The notes under the pieces are model-generated. The model saw nothing but the letters and a program-made list of their open reading frames with translations. It was not told the origin of the DNA and made no database searches. The position numbers were made by a program, and so were the translations under genes. A DNA stretch of 64,000 nt, taken from the human T2T-CHM13v2.0 reference genome, Homo sapiens. The stretch lies in the NCBI RefSeq assembly GCF_009914755.1, contig NC_060942.1; one strand, 5' to 3'. Shown here in pieces: positions 14,321 through 31,622 of this stretch. Each line of letters begins with the position of its first letter. Position 1 is the first letter of the stretch.

Positions 14321-15069
14321 ATTAAAGTTATTATGAATTGTCACAGAGCCGTTCATAGTGAAATGTTGTACATAACTTAAGTGTCAGATCAAGACTGCCT
14401 AAATAAATTAGAGCACACCTGTACAATGGAATGACATTTAGCAAAAAAAGGAGCTAGCCCTTTTTATAGAAGAATCATCAATATATATTTAATGTGAATA
14501 AAGAATGGTGCTGATATATATATATATATAGTATGATATTAGTTTTGCAACTTAAGCAAAATATTTGTAAAAACATTTGCTTCTGTATGCCTAAACCATT
14601 GGAAAGATTGACAAGAAACTAAGAATGTGATTTTATTTTGAGTAATAGTTGTACTGAGTGGACTGAGGATGATTTTCACTGAATAACCATGTATATTTAG
14701 GTATCTGTTTAATGGTTTAGCTACTCAAAAAGTATATAAAGTTATATCAAGGACAAATTATTCCAATGAGCAGGATTAAAAATATTTCTAACATAAATAT
14801 TATAACTGAAATATTATCTACTTATTAAGAGACAAATAAATGACTAAAATACTTCACTATTCTCTAATATTTTGTTTGGACCAAAGAAGGAGATAATTTT
14901 GAAAGCAGTATCTTTAAAAAAATCTTAGTCTAACAAAGTACACTAAACTATTTGTTGCTTAAACTCCATCACTTTAAGTTTTACCTGTAAAGCCATCTAA
15001 ATAAATACTTAAAGTTAGAGGGGGAAGATAAATAAGTAGCTTTTCATCTGAATACATTACAGTTGAATT

Positions 15070-15487
15070 ACAGTTGATCTTTAAATAACATGGGTTTCAA
15101 CTACACCACTCCGCTATAGTAGATTTTCTTCAGCCTCTGTCATCCCTAAGACAGCAGGGCCAACTGCTTCTCTTAGCCTACTCAATGTGAAGACAATGTG
15201 GTTGAGACCTTTATGATAATCCATTTCCACTTTATGAACAATACATACATTTTCTCTTCCTTATGATTTTAATGTTTTCTTTAGCTTTATTGTTAAAAAT
15301 ACAGTTATATATATATGTATATCATACAAAATATGTGCTAATTGACTTTATATGTTATTGGTAAGGCTTCTGGTCAACAGCAGGCTATTAGTAGTTAAGT
15401 TTTGGGGGAATCAAAAGCTTTTTGGGGATTTTCAACTGCTCCAGGGATGGTGCTCCCAACTCTAGAGTTGTTCAAGTGTCAATTGTA
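15070..15487. mobile_element. Tigger3-family MITE, complete
   Basis: Terminal inverted repeats (TA)CAGTTGATCTTTAAATAAC ... GTTGTTCAAGTGTCAATTG(TA). Confidence 0.8.
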
Positions 15488-15611
15488 TTCTTGCATATTC
15501 TGTTAGTGCAGTAAGGTGTCCAATTTAGAATGCTAGGAGTTGTTACAAACTTTTCTATTTGACTCACCATGAATAATCAACTGGTAGCCAAATACTGATT
15601 ATAAAAATCTC

Positions 15612-15617
<6 letters not shown>

Positions 15618-15655
<38 letters not shown>
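15618..15655. repeat. (TG)n microsatellite, about 19 units
   Basis: Seen directly. Confidence 0.97.
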
Positions 15656-15657
<2 letters not shown>

Positions 15658-16497
15658 AGGTACTGAATACTTTTTATTACTATTACTAAATAGACCTAAA
15701 GATTCCTCCCTGTTTTGCTGAGACTGTTAATTCATTAATCTACTATATACTAGGTGTATGTCATTATTTCATTGTAAAGTTTGATATTAAACATCACTCT
15801 TTCATGATGCTTGAGAGGTTACTCTGGGAAGAGGCCATGACATTTTTTGTCACTATGGCTTTGTCATTTTACAGAGTGAATGACAACAATAGTTTGTTGA
15901 ATAAATGTGTTGATATGAGATCTACTTCATAAAAATGCAAATGAATGCATGATGGAAATTAGAGTAAATCATATTGAAAATTATGACTGTGACTCTTCTC
16001 TTCCAGTTTATCTATATTTTTTGCTTCAGAATAATTCTTAGTTTTCTAAAGTGTCATAGAAATTACAAAGGGTCTAGTCCAAAATGCTTATCTCATATCT
16101 ATTATTTAAAAACAGGAGCCCTTGAAGCTATGTATTTTCAATTACTTTATAATTACATACATTACATGATTGAAATCAAATTGAGAAACATGTTTCTCTT
16201 GTGAATACAAAAAGTCTTATCATTGCCAACGTGCAGCCACTTCTGACAATTAAAGTTCTTTACATCAAGAACTGTTTTTTCATTTTCAGTCAAAGATGCC
16301 AAGCATTAATTCAAGTGTTTTTCTTATTTTTTATTACATTCATGGACTTGTTGAGATGGAAGTTAGAAACCGAGGTAAAGAATAACTCTCATCTGAGATA
16401 CAGGAAGAAAACTCAGATATGCAGGAAAATATTAATATGGTGCTTTAGGCCAAAGAGAGCACATCACCCTCACACGCAGCTTTAGCTTTTGGGGATT

Positions 16498-16900
16498 TGA
16501 TATGGTTTGGCTCTGTGTCCCCATCAAATTTCATCTTGAATTGTAAGCTCCATAATCCTTACCTGTTGTGGACAGGACCTGGTGGGAGGTGATTGGATCA
16601 TGGGGACAGTTTCCTCCATGCTGTTCTCATGATAGTGGGTGAGTTCTCATGAGATCTGATGGTTTTATAAGTGTTTGACAGTTCCTCCTATGCGCTCTCT
16701 CTTTTTTTCTCTCTCTCTCATTCTCGCTCTCTTGCCTGCTGCCATGTAAGACATGACTGCTTCCCCTTCTGCTGTGATTGTAAGTTTCCTGAGGCCTCCG
16801 CATCCATGCTCATGGAACTGTGAGTCAATTAAACTTCTTTTTGTTATAAATTACCAGTCTCTGGCAGTTCTTTATAGCAGTGTGTAAACGGACTAATATA
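16498..16900 (+). mobile_element. THE1/MST (ERVL-MaLR) solo LTR, THE1D-like
   Basis: TGATATGGTTTGGCTCTGTGTCCCC...GGACTAATA with 5-bp TSD GGATT on both sides. Confidence 0.9.
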
Positions 16901-18819
16901 GGATTGATATAAATACAAATAAAAGTACCCATTTGCAATACAGCCTCTGCCAATCCTGTGATTCTGACAACTCTCAGAGACAACCCTGATTCAGGTAAGC
17001 AGGCTTACACCAACTACATGTATATTACAAAATATTTCCAATTCTGTCTCAATCTAAATGTAAAAGTACAGCTATCTAAAGTCTACTTTGTATATGTAAT
17101 ATATCTAACTTGAAAGTATGTGAAATTACACAAAAGCCTAGGAATGAACTTCAATCTCTGTTCTTTTTCCTAAATTATTTATGCACACCATTTAAAATTC
17201 CAATAGGCTATCAAACTGTTTGGCAATTTCAATAATAAAAATTATCTAGATTTTTAAAAAATTCAGATATTGCAATATATCCATCCTTTTATACTGTTAT
17301 TTTAAAATTCTTTTTTTGATAATAGTATTTTAAAAATAATTAATTATAATAAACATTTAAACACAGTTTCCAATTATTTATTATATACCTGGTAATGTGT
17401 TTTAAAATTTATGAAATTATCTAACTTAGTTCTTACAAACTCTTTGAAACAGTTATTAGTATTGTTCAGTTTTACAGATGAGGACATCAGGCTCTGATTT
17501 ATTACATTCCATTCTCACTTGAATCAATTCCATTCCAACACTTCAAAAAAACAAAATGAAACTATTATTGCCAGTGTTACAAATAAAATCCACTTTGAAA
17601 ATCTAATATAAACTTTTACTTCCTGCCTGATCTTTCTACAGCATTGAGTCTTCCTACTACCATTTACCTGGAAACTGTTCCTTTATTTCAGGGACAACAT
17701 AACCTTCCCTCTTCTCTCTCATGTCTTGCTTGCAGGTCCTTCTTACTTTGTTCAGAAACTCATCGTCCAATCTCCAACCATGTAACTTTGAAATGTTCCA
17801 CAGCTGAATTTGAAGCCACTGCGTTTATTATCAAGATTCACTCTCCTGGTTCCTAAATCCTGTCTCATGGCTTTAAATATCATTTAGATGCTGAGAATTA
17901 AAAAAAATGCATCGCCAGTTATGGCCTCTATTTTAAAATCCAGAGTCAAGTTTAATTAACAATTTGACATTTTTCCTTGAACATATAGTATGGTAGACAA
18001 TCTCAAATTAATATGCCACAATCGGAACTCAATCTAACCTTTTCATACTCTGATCACCCCCTTCAGATGTGCTTTTATTCAAGGGTTCCATATTTTATAA
18101 AAATGAACATATAAAAATATTTGCAAATAGCCTCTATCCTATTAGCATTGTCAAAAATATTTGAATTTTCATCAACTCCTCTATTTATCTTACACCATGT
18201 ATTGAATCTAACAGGAAATTCAATTAGCACTATATGTAGCCACAATAACTGGTTCTTGCCACCACCACCCTTTCTCTACTATATATTTTTTACAGTGACC
18301 TTTAGATTTTCTTGCTTCTGATTTGACAGCTCTAAGTTCAATCCAGGAGCCATTGTCAGTTTTTCAAAAGGAGGTGAGAATGTATGACTCTTCTGTTCTC
18401 TGGTTTCTCATCTCACTCAGAAAACACATGCACCATTCTTTGTGCACCAAATAGCACAATCTTTAAAAGTAAAGGTTTATATTTTGCTTTATATATATTT
18501 TATCATCAATTTCCTTGAAATATATATTTCTAGTCAGTACAAACCACAGATTACTAGAGACTCTTCAGCAGAATAAGAAATAAGCTAAATATTATGATAA
18601 ATAAATAACATTCCAAAATAAGGAAAGGCTTCTGATGAATCTTGCCATTTTCAGGAAATCCACCTGGAATCTCATTCTCACAGTATTGGAACTCCCTAAT
18701 TCTCCCTTTAGCTGCTCATTGTTCACCTAGTCTTTTCACTCTCTCTATCAAAAAAAAAATTTCCTCAGGAAAGGCTCTGATAGAGGAATCATAGTTAGAT
18801 GAACTAAAACTTCAAATTC

Positions 18820-18880
18820 TACATATATATATACATATATATACGTATATACACATATATACATATATACACATATATAC

Positions 18881-18917
<37 letters not shown>
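18820..18917. repeat. Compound (TA)n/(TATACA)n microsatellite
   Basis: Seen directly. Confidence 0.95.
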
Positions 18918-21900
18918 ACTTTAGCAGTAAAAACAAGTAGACTTTAATACTGTTACTTTATAATTCATTTAGGAAAAGAAGGAACACCTTTGCAACTACT
19001 CTCACTAAGTTACCAAGATTTTTTTCAATACTAATCTTCACAATTCATATTCAAATACTAAGAATCACTAATGCCTTTAAAAAATACATGTGTATTTCCA
19101 ATAATTTGATATAGGCTCTCAAAAAGTCATTACATTTTGAGGGTAAAATTGAAACAACCTAAACATTAATGCCGAGTAATGAATATAATAGTTCACACAT
19201 ATTAAACAGCTAATCCATATGTGTAAGACATTGTTATATATATACTTATACACAAAAACAAACATGTATGTGTGTGTATAAAATCTCAACAAATCTCCAT
19301 AAGAATTATTAGAACTAGTAATTAGACACAGTTGTTCTACTTCTGTAACCCATGATCTTAAACCATTATAGAATAAACCTTAAAAGCAATCATTATTTTC
19401 GAAGACAATTTTGAAACTTGCCTTGTGCAAGTTAGTAAATAACTGTGCTCCTTGGTTTCCTCATCTGTTACATGGGTAGAACCTACACTGTTACATGAAG
19501 ATTAGAGCAGTTAATAGAATATTTTAGTATTTATAGATCTAGAATATAAAAAGGAATTAATAAGTTTTAAGGAGAAAAAATAAGGGAAAAATAGTCTCAT
19601 TTTCAACCCTACTAAACATAAAATGTTTTTTACATTTAATTTATACATGCAGGGTAGGTCAGTATACTAAAAATAAAGCACATTTAATTTGAAATTTTAG
19701 AAAGGGGTAGATTGTTCTTATTTAGAAAATTGCAGTACATTTTAATTTGTGAGCAGGAGGTCATGGTGTTATTTAGAAACAGTGACAAGAAACTTTTTTT
19801 GGCTATTGTAAATGGAAATGGAAAAAAAGAAAGAAAAGCCAAGAGTAGTCATTTGACTCCAACAAGCAGTTTTTAAAAACTATTTCATGTGATTATCAGC
19901 TTCAATTTGAAAGGTTATATATCTGATAAACAAAACACAAAGGAAAAGCTTGATAATTAACAAAAAACTCTATAGTATTTCCTTTTTTTCATCTTTTCCC
20001 AGGTCAGATTCTTGCAAGCAATGGGAAATTAGTGTTTATTTAAGATTTAATGACAATGTTAATGCCACTGTCAATCTGGATTCTTTATCTAGAAAGGCAA
20101 ATCTGATTTACATTAACCTGAACACCTTAATATCTAATTAAAATCTCAGCCTTATGGCTAAGTTCTTAGACATTTATTCTGTTTAACTCAGCAACAAAAT
20201 ATTATTAGTCACTTTCTTTTGAGAAAGGTGAGTCTAGTTTATCGGTACTATTAGGCATTTTATAATCTGCAACCTAATTAGCCTTAACAAAATATTTTGT
20301 ACTCAGTATGACTCAAATATTTTACCCAATAACTTACTGAAAAATAATTCTGCCATTGCATTTCCACTCTAATATACTGCAGTGATTTTCTGTTTGCACA
20401 TATTTGTCCATGTCATATGTTTGCTTGAAAGAATGTAAAACAAAGAATGCATATAGATTATTAAAGAAATCCTCCCAAATTTGTTCACATATATTAGATC
20501 CTAAAACTAAATAGGTTAGTTTTTTTCTGAATTGAAATAGATTAACAGAACATATTAACTGAAATAACTGTCATATTATTTATAATTCTTATCAGACACA
20601 TGCAATTGAGCCTATGACTGAGCATGAAGACTCTATAAAGGACATCGCTCAAGTACACAATATGATTTTCTTTAATTTTGATCTGAAAGACTGTTAATAG
20701 AAAGACTGACATTCTGTCAAACAAATTGATTACATTTCTACTGGATTTGGGAAATATGTAGCATCTGTGATAAAGTACTTAATCATCACTTATTGTCTTT
20801 AGTGTGCAATTTATTATATCCATATTTTTATACCCCTCAAAGTATTTGCAAAATTAATAGAACTTTCTTAAGAATACAGTGACTGTCCTCAAAATCCACT
20901 TAATAAATTGGTAGCCTCGAATTTATATTTCATCTACTCTTCCAAAATAATTATTGTATTGTTGGTTTTAAATCTAACATCTCACTATTTCTTTTCTATT
21001 TTATCATATGCTTTTCTGGTGCATATTTTTTTTCTGCTTTATGTTGATTTTTATGATCCTATTTTTTTCTTTATTAAGTTTTAGGTGTAACTTTTTATTT
21101 TGGTAGTTACTTCATAGTTCATAATATGCAGCTTTAACTTACCACAGTCTACCTTCAAATGATATTACATCACTCAGACTGATTTGTGAGTACAGAGAGA
21201 CTGGGCAGGGACGTAGATGATGAATCAGAAGCACCTGACTCATTTAAAATGCTCACTAATCTTAGTAAAATAAACCCATACAGAAAATTCTTTTATTTTA
21301 AGGTGAGTAAACATGCACACACATGGCCCTGCAAGGTCATTCTGTCAATCAGCCTTAATCCAACCCATGAGATATCAGTTTGCCAGTTTATGATCATTGC
21401 CATAGAAGAGTTTTTTTATTTTAGATTCTAAGTTTAAACTGAAGATTCAATGGATGTGGAACTAGTTTTATTTTTGAGCGAGAAAATAACTCAATTAAAT
21501 GTACTGTGTCTCAAAATATGCAGTATACACACCACCATGAAAACGAGACAACAGTAAATAAATTATGACATCTAGAAAATTAGGTAAGACAGTGTTCAAT
21601 AATGAGGCAAAACAGGATGTGAATGTCACCTACGCTATCAGAGAGAAATGTGGGGTTTCATCCACTAAATGTGAGGTTGAATGTATAGAACGTTATTTCA
21701 AATATGTCTTGATTTGTATCTAAATTTATATCCTATAAAATCATGCAGAATATGAGGAGTCATTATCTAATTTTCAGTAGGAAAAATGTGAATCAGTACT
21801 AATACTAAAAACTAATAATTTACTCAATGCCAGGCAATGTTTCTTGTGTTTTATGTTTTTAGAAAACAATTATAATTGTGAAGAAAACAATTCTTCACTT

Positions 21901-21976
21901 TTCAAGAAAGAAAACCAAAGTAATGAGAAACTAAGTAAGTGGCCCACCCAACGTCGTATAGTTAAGAAATGACTAA

Positions 21977-22314
<338 letters not shown>

Positions 22315-24123
22315 GACCTTAGCATGTTTTTAAGTAAAATGTATTATTTTTCATGTGTAATATTTGCTCTGTCTCTCATGTATACATAAAATTATAAATA
22401 TAATCATGAAGAGAATTATAATAGCCAACTTTCTCTATATTTCAGAGATATTGGTTTGGCATTGCTTTCGGCAGATATTTCAACATTAGCCTCTGGAGTG
22501 GAGTTGGGGACAGGTTGATTTCAGTGTTTCAAAAATATATGAGAACTGTGAACCTATGTTAGTGGATTGCCTATTGGCGACTTCTAGTTGAACACTATCA
22601 AAATTGACAACTAAAAAAATAATGAAATGAGAGAAAGTGTTTATAGCGCTTAAGAGGATAAATTAGTTTCTTTATGTCTAGATTTTATATTAAATAAAGA
22701 GCTTTCAGGAAAAGTAAATGACAGTTAATGATTTTGATTATAATCAGTCAGATTTTTTCCATATTTGAGCAAAAATTGTAATTGACTTATCCACTGCTTT
22801 CAGTGTAGATTAGCTGAATCATCTAACTTATGTCATCTCTTATAAATATTGATTGAGATGAAAAATGAATAAATGATTTATTTATCTTATAACAGTTCTA
22901 TGTTGATAATGTAAAAAATACTGACAGGTTCATCTAAAATATGTTTGGATAAGCTACATTATATATGATTCATAGCTTATGTATAATTTATATATGATAT
23001 TTGGTTCATACACAAAGGAACAAATGTTTCTATATAAGAAAGTTATTTTGCTTATTATAGAATTTAAAACTAAAATGATTCTTCCATGATGGCCATTTAG
23101 CAATTTAAGTTTAGGAAACTTCTGGCATGTTCAATTGAGTATTTACTTTGCATAATTGTGTTCCATATCTTAAAGCATTCCCTTTAGCAGTTTCTTTCAG
23201 CAAGCAACACATGTAACCTTGTTTCTCACTAAATATTTTTTATTTTAGCAAAGTTTTAGACCTAGAGATTTAAAGAAAAATTGCCAAGATGTTACAAACA
23301 TGAACTCTTGAACCGAATCTTTTATTTTTAAGCATGCAAAACGGTGTGGTTTTTTAAAACCCTGAAGACATAAATGTACCACTGAGAACCCAAAGAAAAT
23401 TAGACTGTTTTGTTTTGTGATTTGATGTCTGAAAAATAAAATCATTTAGTTTCCTTTCATTTTTCCTCAGAGAATATAGACTGTGTTGTGATGTCAAACT
23501 CATTCTGAGTTTAGATGCCCCATGGGCAAATCGTTTGGTCTAATTAAAACAAAATGAAGACAAATCTCTTACACGTAAATCTTTGATGGTGGGAAATGTA
23601 GCGTCATGTTTTAAAAGCCTTCACAGAAGACAAAGTACCTCTCAATCTTGTAACTCTACTTTTTATAGCTACCCAAAATAATTATTAAGGCATATTTGAT
23701 ATATTGTAATCAATTTATATTTGTGTTTTGTTTAATAATTGGGCTCCTTTGGACCATTTGCTGCAAATATCCTATATTAAAAAAAACTTTGTCTAAATAT
23801 ATCATGCAGAAAAATATTTATACCTAAAAATATAAACTCCATTAACAAAAATTGTTCAGCAAAACTCTATTAATTCAATACATTGTATGGTTAATTTTTG
23901 TAGCCAGTTTTTCCTTTTCTTCTCTCTAATGATGTGATGTTCTTCAATGTCTTCTGAAAACTTGAGCATAGGAAGTTGGAAGTGTATAAAGCAAAACAAA
24001 TAGCAAGGAGAGAATTTAGAATGCTAATTTTTGAAGGGGAAATATAAATTTTACAACTCTTAGTTTGCATTTTAAATTTATATTATTATCTGTATTTAAG
24101 TATTTAAGTTGATTTTCACCAGC

Positions 24124-24531
24124 GTGTTAGTGTGTTTGTGTTGTTGTAAAACAAATACCTAAGACTGGGTCATTTATAAAGAAAATAGATTTATTTGGCC
24201 CTTGGTTCTGCAGATTGTACACAATGCATAGTGTCAGCATCTGCTTGTGGTGAGGGCCTCAGGAAGATTACAATCATGGCAGAATTTGAAGGGGAGCCAG
24301 CATGTCATAGGGCACGAGAGGGAGCAAGAGAGAGAGGGAAGGTGCCACACTCTTTTAAACAACTAGATCTCCTGTAAACTCTTTACCACTCATTACCCAG
24401 GGGAGGGAACCAAACCATTCATGAGGGATTTGCCCCCATGACCTAATACCTCCCACTAGGCCCCATATCCGACAATACAGGTCACATTTTAATATGAGAC
24501 TTGGAGGGCATAAAACATCCAAACCATATCA
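24124..24531 (-). mobile_element. MSTB-like MaLR solo LTR
   Basis: Ends ...CATCCAAACCATATCA and contains GAGGGCCTCAGGAAG...ACAATCATGGCAGAA and AAACCATTCATGAGGGAT motifs. Confidence 0.85.
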
Positions 24532-25299
24532 ACTGTTCACTGCTAACTACTAAATCAAAGAATTAATTTTTTACAGGCAATGTATTATTCTTCATTCAAA
24601 GAAAAATACTTGACTGGACCTTATGAGGAGAAAATGTTAATCTCTTGCAGTTTTTAATTAAATAAAATAGTTTGAGGCTATTTGTGCAAATTAAGGCCAT
24701 TGAGAAGGACTGTAGACTATAAAAAGATTCCAGACATTTTCTATAAACATATTTCATTATATATATATATATAGTTGTTATCATGGTAGATTTATACCAC
24801 TGCCATCTGGAAGTAATTCCCTTATTCAATACAGAAGGATTTCTCATCCTTCTCCTAAATATTTTCTTCTAGCTCAGAGTGCCTGTGGCCAAAACAAGAG
24901 ATTTTAAAACAAAAACAAAAAATTCTGCTATCCCCATGTGGGTTATCTTTCTTTTGTAGTCTTCTTTTTACTTGAGTTAAAATATTTCCTTTGAATTTCG
25001 ACTGACAAAGATATTGAAGGACATCGAATGTGGTTCAGGGCACTGTTCCTGCGCCTGTGTTCACTAGATCAGTAGTGGAGGTGACTGGAGATATTGGAAG
25101 AAAGAAAGAAACTAGGGTAGCTCATATCACCCATTCCACGTTTTTTCTCTTTAGGATGTCCCAGCCTGCAGTGAAAATGAATTCTGTTCTGCCTCTGCTG
25201 TGCGGTAAATTTAGCGATAAAGTTTCTGCTCTGTGCTCTGTACTGGAGTGTAGTGTAGGAAAATCCCTGTTGCTAAGCACCACGCCAACAACACCATGA

Positions 25300-25622
<323 letters not shown>

Positions 25623-26293
25623 TTCATTATGCTTTACTTCCATGTCTATCTCGAATTGTTCCATATTCAGAGAAAACAGGAAGGTAAGTTGTTAACATTC
25701 TTCATTGCAACCAATTTTTTAGAACTAATTCTACATTGAGGAATGTCTTACATTTTAACCAAAACCTTTCGATAAATTACAGAGTTGCTGAATATATCTA
25801 GATCTAAATCTTAAACTATATCTATAGCTATTATATAGAGGTATATGATTTATCAAGAGCTATTATCTGGAATATATACTGGATTCCTTTTACAATTTTC
25901 ATAATGTAACCAGAAAATGACCCTTGAGATCCTTGAGAGTGATTATGTAAACATATCCTTGATTTGGTGTCTCCAGCCTAATTATCACAGTTAAAATTTT
26001 GGTATTAAAAATGGAGCAAAGATAATAAGACTTGTAAAGCAGCAGACCTTACAAAATGTTAAAAACAATTTTATTTACGTAGTGCCTCCACACAGACCTA
26101 ATTATATGTATTAAACCTAATGTTTAACATTATTAGCGAGTCAGAGAATTTAGAAAAATCAGACATAATTTTAGATAAAATAAATATTAATGCTAGTCAT
26201 TAATATTAATCCCTGTTTGATAAAATGACTCTATATGAAAATAACTGCCCTCAAATTACTTTCATCTCACATATTTTTAATGAAAGGAAATGG

Positions 26294-29380
<3,087 letters not shown>

Positions 29381-30100
29381 GATTACATCCTGGCACGGTG
29401 GTTCATGCCTGTAGTGGCAGCAGCGGTGGCAACCCCAGAACCTGTCCGTGCCACCAGCAGCGGGGAACCCCAGGGTCGGACGCCGCCACTGCGCCTAAAT
29501 CAGGCGGTGGGACCTCAGCTGTGTGAGGGCGGGAACCTGCCGCAAAGCCTCATCCTGGCAGCTATACATGGCCCAGAGGTCGCGAGCCTGCGCTGCCAGC
29601 GCGGGCCAAGGAAGAGCAGAGCCCAGGGTGGAAGGGCGGTGCACTCGGCGACCCTCAGCGGTCTGGGCCCAGCCCTGCAGCCTCCACCGTGGACTCAGGT
29701 GCAGCTCCCACCTGAACATGGCACGCGGCAGCGGGGGCTCCAACCCGGACCCTGTCCGTGCCAGCAGCAGGGCGGATACTTGGGCCAGAAGCTTCCAGGG
29801 CGCCTAAGTGAGGGGGTCGGTCCCCAGCTGCAGGAGGGCGGGAATCGACGCTCAGCGCGGCCCTGGAGGCTGCACGGTGCCCAGTACCAGGGTCCAGCTC
29901 CTGGATCGTGGGTCGAGGAGGGGCCAGGGGCGGCTATGTCAAGCAGGCCGTGTTGCAGGGAGCCCCACACGTTCCGCTCCAGGGAGGCCCGCCAGCCCGG
30001 CAGCGCCTCAGCGGCCGGTGCCACCTGCACGCGGTGCCCGGTGGAGCGCGGCCAGGGCGCGTGTCTCCTCAGCCTGCTGAGCTGCGCGTGAGCTGCTGCT

Positions 30101-30130
30101 GTAACGCTCTAACGTTAGAGCAGCTAACGG
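30101..30130. promoter_or_regulatory. Perfect 16-bp palindrome GCTCTAACGTTAGAGC (30106-30121) with clustered TAACG motifs
   Basis: Palindrome read directly. TAACGG at 30125-30130 fits the MYB consensus YAACKG. Function is inferred. Confidence 0.5.
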
Positions 30131-30203
30131 CTCTGCTCAGAATTTCTCCCGACAGAGGCCGGAGTGTTCAAGAGCTTGGCGATACAGAAATTTCTGCTGG
30201 TGT

Positions 30204-30323
30204 TGGGGCGGGTGCGGGAACTGAAGACGGGCGAGTGCGAGCCGGGGGCGGGTGCTGGGGAAGGGTAAGCGGGAAGCGAGGGCGAGGGGTAGGGGCTGGG
30301 GAAGGGCGAGCGGGAGGCGCGGG
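30204..30323 (+). other. G-run cluster (putative G-quadruplex) in the presumed 5'UTR
   Basis: More than a dozen GGG/GGGG runs, most with short spacers, on the sense strand. Confidence 0.7.
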
Positions 30324-30348
30324 CTCTCTCTAGCAGGGGGCTGCAGCC

Positions 30349-30569
30349 ATGAAGAGGCTCTTAGCTGCCGCTGGCAAGGGCGTGCGGGGCCCGGAGCCCC
30401 CGAACCCCTTCAGCGAACGGGTCTACACTGAGAAGGACTACGGGACCATCTACTTCGGGGATCTAGGGAAGATCCATACAGCTGCCTCCCGGGGCCAAGT
30501 CCAGAAGCTGGAGAAGATGACAGTAGGGAAGAAGCCCGTCAACCTGAACAAAAGAGATATGAAGAAGAG
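30349..30569 (+). CDS. ANKRD30B: ANKRD30B coding exon 1 (MKRLLAAAGKGVRGPEPPNPFSERV...NKRDMKKR)
   Basis: ATG in GCAGCCATG context inside a CpG island. The peptide matches the ANKRD30B N-terminus as I recall it. Donor AG|GTACCA, 221 nt, phase 2. Confidence 0.93.
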
Positions 30570-31284
30570 GTACCAGGCCCTGCCTGAGCCGGGGCTGCAG
30601 GAGGAGGAGGCGGCTGTGGGAGGATCGCCCCTTCAGAGTGGTGGCTGGGGGTCCTGGGGACGAGGGGAGCAGGTGGAGGAGTGGCGGGCGATGGGGCGGC
30701 CGTCCTGGGCCCCGAGGTCTTGGCCTTCTTCCCGGTCAGGCCCCCCAGGCCTGGGATGGGGGCGCCCTGCAGGGCAGAGGGCACAGGCCACCTTAAAATC
30801 AACCCCAAGCTTTAGCTGCTTTCTCCTTCACTCCCACTTCCCCTCACAAAGCACTGTGTAGAAAATTTTAAAGTGATTAAACTCACAAAATTAAGTACAT
30901 ACAGGGTTTTACTTTTAATGTACAGGTTTTAAAAGATAATGTTAGATACACTATGAAATGGTGCATAATGAACTAATTCCCATAATATATGACCTTCTTG
31001 GCTAAAAATTCTTTGGATAAAGTCCAATGTCCATTTTGATATCAATGAATGTCTATGTAAATATGTTCTTTGCTGAGGGACCTTAGAAGGAAACTTCGAG
31101 GTGGGAAGATAGTTTATGTTCTTGAATTTAAGAAGACTCATTTTTCTCAAGATGCGACTTACCAGTTTTACATAAACCAAATAAAGCTATTAACGTTTTA
31201 ACATTTTTTAAATTACACAGGCTTTTACTGTTGTGATGACATTTTAAATATTTTGTAATGGAGTAGAAAAGTCTTGCCCTTCTA

Positions 31285-31622
<338 letters not shown>

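Larger units (their letters stand above)
29390..30800 (+). promoter_or_regulatory. CpG-island promoter and 5'UTR of ANKRD30B
   Basis: Sharp rise in GC and CpG density against AT-rich flanks, several GGGCGG boxes, spans exon 1. The exact TSS cannot be read from sequence. Confidence 0.88.

Noticed and set aside
29405-30333. Long overlapping ORFs (228, 141 and 111 aa) upstream of the ATG
   Set aside because: Expected stop-codon scarcity in a GC-rich island. Low-complexity peptides with no recognisable domain.
30570-30861. C-terminal ~96 aa of the 170-aa ORF starting at the ANKRD30B ATG
   Set aside because: Read-through into GC-rich intron 1. The ankyrin frame resumes only after splicing at 30569 to 34486.
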